This document shows, in pieces, positions 58,234 through 64,000 of a stretch of DNA of 64,000 nucleotides. The position numbers and the translations under genes were made by a program. Every line of letters starts with the position of its first letter. Position 1 is the stretch's first letter. Source of the DNA: Myxococcota bacterium (lineage in GTDB: Bacteria; Myxococcota_A; UBA9160; JAFDDA01). The stretch covers positions 2,912,001-2,976,000 of the forward strand of contig OZ245817.1 of the NCBI GenBank assembly GCA_965228475.1. Direction: 5' to 3'. The notes under the pieces are model-generated. The model worked only from the letters and a program-made list of their open reading frames with translations. It was not told where the DNA came from and ran no database searches.

Positions 58234-58456
58234 CTCGGTCGTTGCCCTCGCCGGTCCCGCGGCCTGCTCCTTCTCCATCTGCGTCCGTCGACTGCGAAGG
58301 CCGAATGGCCACCCGATCCCGAGCGTTGGCGCCTGGTCTATGACTAGAGGCCCTCACTCGGGACGATTGGCTCCGAGCACCTGCTGCGGAAGCAGAAGTC
58401 GTTGGGCTTCTTGGTTCCGGACGCGGGAGCCTGAACGCAACCAATCCCGAGGAAGA

Positions 58457-58481
58457 TGGTGGAGGCGGGGGAATCGAGCCC
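58457..58481 (-). repeat. Degenerate copy of the tmRNA 3' end (att site)
   Basis: TGGTGGAGGCGG-GGGAATCGAGCCC versus tmRNA TGGTGGAGGCGGCGGGAATCGAACCC. Confidence 0.8.
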
Positions 58482-58564
58482 GACCTAGAGCGATCTTTTC
58501 TTAAATTTTTTCAGCTACTTGGAGCGCGATAGACCTGGCTCCGAGTTGGCTCCGCCAGCGGCTG

Positions 58565-58583
58565 ATATACCCAGTCCGTATAT
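58565..58583. promoter_or_regulatory. LysR box
   Basis: ATATAC-N7-GTATAT (T-N11-A). Confidence 0.65.
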
Positions 58584-58591
58584 TTTTCGGC

Positions 58592-59485
58592 ATGGATATA
58601 CGCGATCTGGAAGACTTCCTCGCTGTGCTGACTCACGGCAGCATCCTCGGTGCCGCCGACGAGCTGGGCGTCGCGCAGCCCGCTTTGAGCCGCCGGATCC
58701 GGGCGCTCGAGTCGTCGCTCGGCGTCCCCCTCCTGACCCGCGGCAGTCGCGGCGTGACCCCGACCGTCTACGGCCAGCTGCTCGAGCGGCACGCGCGGCT
58801 CGTCCTCCGCGACCGACAGCAGGCCGTCGATGAACTGCATGCGCTTCGGGACGGTGTCGAGGGGCACGCACGCATCGGGGTCGCCCCGGCGCTTTCCGGC
58901 CTTCTGCCGACCGTCATCGATCGCCTCTGCTCGGAGCGGCCGCGATTGACGTTCAGCGTCGTCGAGGGGACGTACCTCTCCCTCGCGGAAGACCTTCGAG
59001 CCGGCGAGATCGACGGGGCCTTCTCCTTGGTCCCACCCGGCGCAACGCACGAAGGGCTCGCCATTCGCACGCTCGCGCCGGATCCGCTCGTGATCGTCTG
59101 CAACCCGAAACACCCGCTGCTTCGCAAGAAGCGACTTCGGCTCTCCGACCTTCGGGACACTCCGTGGGCCCTCATGAGGGAGCCGCGCTCGTTGGTCGAT
59201 GCCTTCCTGGACCTCGCGGCGGCGCGCGGCCTCCAATCGCCCCGCATCTCGGTCCGGACGGACTCTCTCGACGTCCTGAAATCACTGGTCCTTCGCGGGA
59301 GCTTCCTCACCGCGCTCCCGCGCGGCGCCGTCCGGCCCGAGCTCGGCGAGAAACGCGCCGCCCTCCTCGAGACGGTCGAACGGCTCCCCAGGCCCTCTGC
59401 CGCGTTCCTTCATCGCCAGGAGATCCTCCCGCCCGCCGTCGGACTGCTCGTCGACGAGGTCTCCGCTTCGCTCGAGACCACCTGA
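58592..59485 (+). CDS. LysR family regulator
   Basis: MDIRDLEDFLAV...GSILGAADELGVAQPALSRRIRALE. Confidence 0.95.
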   Translation: MDIRDLEDFLAVLTHGSILGAADELGVAQPALSRRIRALESSLGVPLLTRGSRGVTPTVYGQLLERHARLVLRDRQQAVDELHALRDGVEGHARIGVAPALSGLLPTVIDRLCSERPRLTFSVVEGTYLSLAEDLRAGEIDGAFSLVPPGATHEGLAIRTLAPDPLVIVCNPKHPLLRKKRLRLSDLRDTPWALMREPRSLVDAFLDLAAARGLQSPRISVRTDSLDVLKSLVLRGSFLTALPRGAVRPELGEKRAALLETVERLPRPSAAFLHRQEILPPAVGLLVDEVSASLETT

Positions 59486-59509
59486 GGCCCCCGCCGAGCG
59501 GCCCGGTCG

Positions 59510-59528
59510 GTATGCCGGGGCTGCATAC
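59510..59528. promoter_or_regulatory. LysR box upstream of the amidohydrolase
   Basis: GTATGC-N7-GCATAC. Confidence 0.6.
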
Positions 59529-59606
59529 GCAATGACACCCCGGGACATACGCCGGGTCTCGTGAGCGCCATATCCTCGCGCTCGTCATGAGGACGGGGAG
59601 AAGGCC

Positions 59607-60836
59607 ATGAAGACGACCCGAAGAGAGGTTCTCCAATCCACACTCTGGCTCGCCGCGGCCCTCGGCGCCGGCGCTCCGGGAGCGGTGGCGCGCGCGGCGA
59701 GCGGCCGGCCGAAGTTCAAGCGCATCGCCGTGGAAGAGTCGTTCATGACCCGGGAGGTCTTCGGCGGCTTCCTCGAGCTCCTGGCCGAGGATCCCGGATC
59801 GGAGCCGGGCTTCGCTCACTTCTTCGAGACGGCCCTCGGAAAGCCGGGGGAGCTCGTCGCGGGTCTGTCTTCGGTCGTGGGCGGCGAGAACACGGCCGAC
59901 CTCGTGAACTGGATCAGCCGAAGCGCCGCCGCGCTGGGCAGCGAGGCCTCCATCACGGCCCTCGCTCGCCAGTTCGACCTCGGCGCGGAGCGGCTGCGCA
60001 TCATGGACGAGACCGGCGTGGCCATGCAGGTCGTCTCGCTCGGGTCTCCCGGCGTCCAGGTGTTCGAAGCCGAGAAGGCGACGGCGCTCGCCCGCGCGGC
60101 GAACGACCAACTCGCGGCAGCGGTCCGCGCGAATCCCGATCGCCTGGCCGGTCTCGCGGCGATCGCGCCCCAGGCCCCGGCCGAGGCGGCCAAGGAGCTC
60201 GAGCGCGCGGTCACCGAGCTCGGCCTCTCGGGCGTGATGATCAACTCCCACACGAAGGGCGAGTACCTGGATGAGGAGAAGTTCCGGCCGATCCTCGCGA
60301 AGTGCGAGGCGCTCGGCGTCCCCCTCTACCTTCACCCCCGCACACCGTCCCCCGGAATGCTCGAGCCCTTCACCCGGTACCCAGGGCTCGCTGCGGCGAC
60401 CTTCGGGTTCAGCGTCGAGACGGCCCTCCATGCGCTGCGGCTCATCCTCGGCGGCGTCTTCGACGATTTCCCGGGCCTGACCGTCATCCTCGGCCACATG
60501 GGCGAGGGCCTGCCGTTCTGGATCGACCGGGTCGACAACCGCACCGCCTTCATCCAGACGGGCCCGGGCCCGAAGCCCCGGAAGCTCCGCAAGAAACCGA
60601 GCGACTACCTGCGCGAGAACTTCTACGTCGCGACGAGCGGGATGGACTTCGAACCCGCGCTCCTGCTGGCACACCGGGTCGTCGGCCCCGACCGGATCCT
60701 GTTCGCCATCGACTACCCGATGGAGGACGGCGCGCACCCCGTCCGCGTGATCGACGAGGCGCCGATCAGCGACGACGACAAGACCCAGATCTACCAGACC
60801 AACGCCGAGCGGGTCTTCGGGCTCTCGTCGGCCTGA
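59607..60836 (+). CDS. Amidohydrolase-2 family decarboxylase (LigW / gamma-resorcylate decarboxylase-like) with Tat signal
   Basis: TRREVL; IAVEES; YLHP; GHMGEGLPF; FAIDYP. Confidence 0.88.
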   Translation: MKTTRREVLQSTLWLAAALGAGAPGAVARAASGRPKFKRIAVEESFMTREVFGGFLELLAEDPGSEPGFAHFFETALGKPGELVAGLSSVVGGENTADLVNWISRSAAALGSEASITALARQFDLGAERLRIMDETGVAMQVVSLGSPGVQVFEAEKATALARAANDQLAAAVRANPDRLAGLAAIAPQAPAEAAKELERAVTELGLSGVMINSHTKGEYLDEEKFRPILAKCEALGVPLYLHPRTPSPGMLEPFTRYPGLAAATFGFSVETALHALRLILGGVFDDFPGLTVILGHMGEGLPFWIDRVDNRTAFIQTGPGPKPRKLRKKPSDYLRENFYVATSGMDFEPALLLAHRVVGPDRILFAIDYPMEDGAHPVRVIDEAPISDDDKTQIYQTNAERVFGLSSA

Positions 60837-60947
60837 CGCCTAGCGCCGTTCCGAAGCTGGCGCTGGGACTCGGCACGCAGCGGCCCTCAAACGCGGGCCG
60901 GTTGGCTCCACGCTCGCTCCGATCATAAGCATCTGATTCAATTGATA

Positions 60948-60976
60948 AAATTGGTGGAGGCGGCGGGAATCGAACC
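60948..60976 (-). repeat. Exact 29-bp copy of the tmRNA 3' end (att site)
   Basis: AAATTGGTGGAGGCGGCGGGAATCGAACC is identical to 63620-63648. Confidence 0.92.
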
Positions 60977-61087
60977 TGACGTCCCGGAGAAATTCATTAG
61001 CAAAAGCAGGCACTTGGATTCAGGCGACCTGGCTCCAAGCTGGCTCCGACGACCTCTGTTCGAAGGCTCCGAGCACAGCGTCAGCGA

Positions 61088-62188
61088 CTAGCCGTCGCCT
61101 GCGCGGACGGAAACGACGCGCCTTCCGAGCAGGTTGAGTTTGAAGCGACGGATGGTCTCCGGCTCGATGCGATGCCCGGTCTCGTCCTCGAAGGAGAGCG
61201 CATCCACGGGGCATTGCACGACGCAGGCACCGCAGCGGATGCAGCGCTCGTCGTGAGCGAGTTCGACCTTGCGTTCGGTCTCCCGCTTCTCGAAACAGGC
61301 CTCCGGACAGACCGCCCAGCACGAGTACACGCCCTTGCATCGCTCGAGGTCGAGTGCAATGCGCCAGTCGGCACCGTCGTGGCCCGCGGGCGCGCGGGTC
61401 GGTGAGGAGCCGTCGAAGTCGAAGGTGATCACGGCCGCCAGGCATGCCGCGGCCAGCGGAGCGGTGGCCAGCCCCAACCCCTCGGCGCCCAGGACCCACG
61501 CCACAAGGAACGCACCCAGCGTTCCCCCGCCCACGATGATCCAGCGCCTGGGCTCGGGCAGTCGGTCGTAGAAGCCGAAGGCACTGAGCGCCAGCGCCCA
61601 GACGAACACGACGGCCGCCAGCCCCCAGCCCGCCTGCACCAGCCAACCGATCGCGCCCGCGACGACGGACACCGGTGCAGCCCACGCAGCGGCCATCTCC
61701 AGGCGCTCGCCGAGCGAGAACCGGGCCCGTCGCATGGAATCGGTCTTCTTCTCGCCAGCGTCCAGGTAGGCAGGCAGATCCTCGGCATAGACAGGCCCGA
61801 AGCGCGCCTTCCAACCGCAGCGACGCGAAAGGTCGACGGCTCGCACACCCGTTGCCGCGAGCTGGGGAAGGATGACGCGGCGGTGCGTGACCCGGCCCTC
61901 GACTCCGCTGGTCTTGAGCGCCGTCACGACTTGGGGCGTAGAGAGCAGACCTCCCGCTGCAGCGCACCAGACGTTGATGCCTCCGCTCGGAGCCACGACG
62001 AGCCAGGCATCGACACCCCGCAACGCTCGCGTCACCCGGCGAACGGTCAGGTCGTAGTTCCCGGTGACGAGCACGGGACTCCCGGCCCCCGGAGAGCCGA
62101 TGGCGCGAAGCCCCGGCTCGGTCGGCCAGGGGAGCATCCGGAAAGCGGTCTGCAGCCCTTCTCGTATCAGCTCGGTGAGCGGCATCAT
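61088..62188 (-). CDS. HgcAB-like fusion (corrinoid-binding domain + TM helices + ferredoxin)
   Basis: PVLVTGNYDLT, GINVWCAAAGG, ILPQLAATG, FGPVYAEDLP; CKGVYSCWAVCP and CIRCGACVVQCP. Confidence 0.88.
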   Translation of the reverse strand: MMPLTELIREGLQTAFRMLPWPTEPGLRAIGSPGAGSPVLVTGNYDLTVRRVTRALRGVDAWLVVAPSGGINVWCAAAGGLLSTPQVVTALKTSGVEGRVTHRRVILPQLAATGVRAVDLSRRCGWKARFGPVYAEDLPAYLDAGEKKTDSMRRARFSLGERLEMAAAWAAPVSVVAGAIGWLVQAGWGLAAVVFVWALALSAFGFYDRLPEPRRWIIVGGGTLGAFLVAWVLGAEGLGLATAPLAAACLAAVITFDFDGSSPTRAPAGHDGADWRIALDLERCKGVYSCWAVCPEACFEKRETERKVELAHDERCIRCGACVVQCPVDALSFEDETGHRIEPETIRRFKLNLLGRRVVSVRAGDG

Positions 62189-62853
62189 GGGCCCGACTCG
62201 GTGCGCCGTCCGACGAGAACGCCCAGGCTTCCCCACAACCAACGGCGGTCGCTCTCGTCGATCAGCCCGCTGCTGCGGATCTCCGCGGCGAGGTCGTCCA
62301 GTGGCCGGCTCAGCGAACCTGCGAGGAGCCAGGCCACCAGCGCCTGCGGCCCTCGGAGCAGACGCAAGACGGTCCGGGGGAGGAGCGAGCTAGGGCGCAG
62401 CTCGTCGGCCACCACGAGAGCGCCTCCAGGCCGAAGGCGGTCCGCAGCCTGCTTCACGACGAAGGCGCGCTCGGCGCGGCCCATCTCCGAGAGCACGAAG
62501 CTCGCTGCGACCGCATCGAACCCCCGCACTGGAAGCGAATCGATCTCGGCGGCTGCGCGCTCGAGGAGGACCACCTGCCATCCCGGACCCTTGCGCAGGC
62601 GCTGTTCGCATTGTTCGAGCATCGCGGCGTTCGAGTCGAGGGCGGTGACTCGGGCTCCCCGAACCAGAAGGCGCTCCGTGAGAGCGCCTGTCCCGCATCC
62701 AATTTCCAGGACCTCGGCACCAGGTCGGGGCGCCGCCACTGCGGCCACCGCATCGAGGACGGCGTGCACTCGGCCGAGCGTCATGAGGTGCATCCCCGCG
62801 TCGTAGCGCTCGGGCGTCGACTCGAGCCATCGCATGAGGGCGAGAGAGCTCAC
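62185..62853 (-). CDS. Class I SAM methyltransferase (corrinoid-protein-associated, CpaM-like)
   Basis: LMRWLESTPERYDAGM..., VLEIGCGTG, FVLSE, LRPGGALVVADE. Confidence 0.85.
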   Translation of the reverse strand: MSSLALMRWLESTPERYDAGMHLMTLGRVHAVLDAVAAVAAPRPGAEVLEIGCGTGALTERLLVRGARVTALDSNAAMLEQCEQRLRKGPGWQVVLLERAAAEIDSLPVRGFDAVAASFVLSEMGRAERAFVVKQAADRLRPGGALVVADELRPSSLLPRTVLRLLRGPQALVAWLLAGSLSRPLDDLAAEIRSSGLIDESDRRWLWGSLGVLVGRRTESGP

Positions 62854-63431
62854 GCTTCCAAGGCTCGCTCGGCGAGGCGTTCCATTTGACGACGAAGGGC
62901 CTCGCGATCGGGAAACGCGTCGGGCTCCAAGAAGAACTGAAAGAGCAGGCCGTCGACGGCTCCGATGAGCGAAGCCGCTGCGAGGTCGGGGTCGAAGTCA
63001 CCCGATAGCTCGCCTTCGCTCTGACCGGTTCGAAGTACGCCGGACAACTCGGCGCGAACCTCTCGAAAGAAGCGGCGAAAGCGCGCCGTGTCGCTGAGGC
63101 GGAAGTCGTAGAGCATCCGCCCGAGGGCGGCCCACTCGTCGAAGAGGGTCAGAAGGGAGTCGAGCAGGTGGCGCACCCGCTCCTTCGCAGAGCCCTCGGC
63201 GCGCAGGCACGCGCGGAAGACCGCGCGTTCGTTCTCGAGCGCACCGCGAACGAGATCGCGCAGCAGCGTGTCCTTGTCCGGGTAGTAGTGGTAGAGGGTC
63301 GAGCGCCCGATCCCGGCGGCCTTCGCCACGTGGGCGAGCCCCGTGCCGCGGACGCCGCGTCTGGAGAACGTGCGCCGCGCGGCCCTTCGGATCTCGTCTC
63401 GCTGGCTCTCGGGATCGACGATCTTGGGCAC
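62850..63431 (-). CDS. TetR/AcrR family regulator
   Basis: MPKIVD...AGIGRSTLYHYYPDKDTL. Confidence 0.92.
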   Translation of the reverse strand: MPKIVDPESQRDEIRRAARRTFSRRGVRGTGLAHVAKAAGIGRSTLYHYYPDKDTLLRDLVRGALENERAVFRACLRAEGSAKERVRHLLDSLLTLFDEWAALGRMLYDFRLSDTARFRRFFREVRAELSGVLRTGQSEGELSGDFDPDLAAASLIGAVDGLLFQFFLEPDAFPDREALRRQMERLAERALEA

Positions 63432-63437
63432 TCGTCT

Positions 63438-63479
63438 TTTATAGACATGATTGTCGATAAAGACAACGATGTCGATAAA
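63438..63479. promoter_or_regulatory. Tandem TetR operators
   Basis: Two AGACA-N4-TGTCGATAAA units 19 bp apart. Confidence 0.6.
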
Positions 63480-63623
63480 AGCTCAACGCAATCTGGCGCC
63501 GAGGGCCGGATCCACACGAGGCCGCCCGAGCCGCAAGCCCTTGGATTCGCTCAGGTCTTCCGAACCGGACGCGGGAGCGCAGCCGCAACTAGCGGCACAA
63601 CCAACTGATTTCGTTCGAGAAAT

Positions 63624-63989
63624 TGGTGGAGGCGGCGGGAATCGAACCCGCGTCCGCATGGGATCCACCGACAGCGTCTACGTGCGTAGTTCCCGATCGA
63701 TCTCGGCGGCGCCAGGCTCGGGGACGGGCGAAGCGCAACCCAGGCAGACTTGTGTCTCGCTCCCGGATGCGGCCTGCCAGCGGCCGGGAGCCAGCTTCCT
63801 GATGACGGCCGCGACCCGCTAGGAAGCGTCACGGACGGCCGTCGCTAGTTCCTAGGTGTTAGCTAGGCAGCGAGTGCGTAATTATCGTCGGCAATTATCA
63901 TTACCAACATGCCAGCTAGTTAACGAGGTGGCTGACGACCTCGGCACGCAGCTCCCAGCTTCCACCACCCGTCGAAGCCAGTCGCCCCC
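63624..63989 (-). ncRNA. ssrA: tmRNA; tag peptide (A)ADDNYALAA encoded at 63892-63863
   Basis: 5' GGGGGCGACTGGCTTCGAC, 3' GGTTCGATTCCCGCCGCCTCCACCA; 366 nt; resume context ATAATT-GCC. Confidence 0.96.
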
Positions 63990-64000
63990 TTGAACCCCAA

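Larger units (their letters stand above)
58482..60947. mobile_element. Integrase-less tmRNA-targeted cassette (LysR + amidohydrolase)
   Basis: Bounded by two tmRNA 3'-end copies; TGGCTCC arm-like repeats near both ends. Confidence 0.62.
60977..63619. mobile_element. Integrase-less tmRNA-targeted cassette (TetR + methyltransferase + HgcAB-like)
   Basis: Flanked by the 29-bp direct repeat; no recombinase ORF inside. Confidence 0.7.

Noticed and set aside
58457..60976. tRNA genes at 58457 and 60948
   Set aside because: Only T-arm/acceptor 3' fragments matching the tmRNA; no 5' halves.
61088..62188. Calling the gene hgcA
   Set aside because: Fused architecture, AAAGG cap helix and no HgcB terminal Cys pair; methylation is not supported.

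Overview
High-GC bacterial window; the gene content (DUF1302 protein, GCGLG/MYXO-CTERM-like anchor, GSMT/SDMT, two-subunit carboxylase) suggests Myxococcota, by inference. It holds about 60 CDS and a complete tmRNA at the right end. Highlights: (1) A divergently arranged Tad/Flp pilus locus (15.8-29.9 kb) contains two paralogous His-motif surface proteins with different C-terminal anchors, a DUF2946-like CxxC/RAPP leader peptide, an orphan CxxC-containing ECF sigma factor and a poly-His lipoprotein. A recurring ECF-type promoter motif, GGAACn-N13-CGGCRCY, lies upstream of these units and of a distant degenerate COG0523 / L28-paralog operon, which suggests an ECF-driven metal (probably zinc) starvation regulon that includes a Tad machine. 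(2) An unannotated selenoprotein has an in-frame TGA in FYRGFW-U-PPC followed by a SECIS-like hairpin. (3) There is an acetylene hydratase-like Mo/W enzyme. (4) Two or three small integrase-less regulator+enzyme cassettes are stacked at the tmRNA 3' end, one carrying an HgcAB-like fusion and a methyltransferase. (5) The rest includes a glycine-methylation betaine operon, a BlaI/M56/TonB-receptor module, menB, a frameshifted Coq4-like gene and a probable ATT-start IclR. All family calls come from motif recognition; no database search was run.
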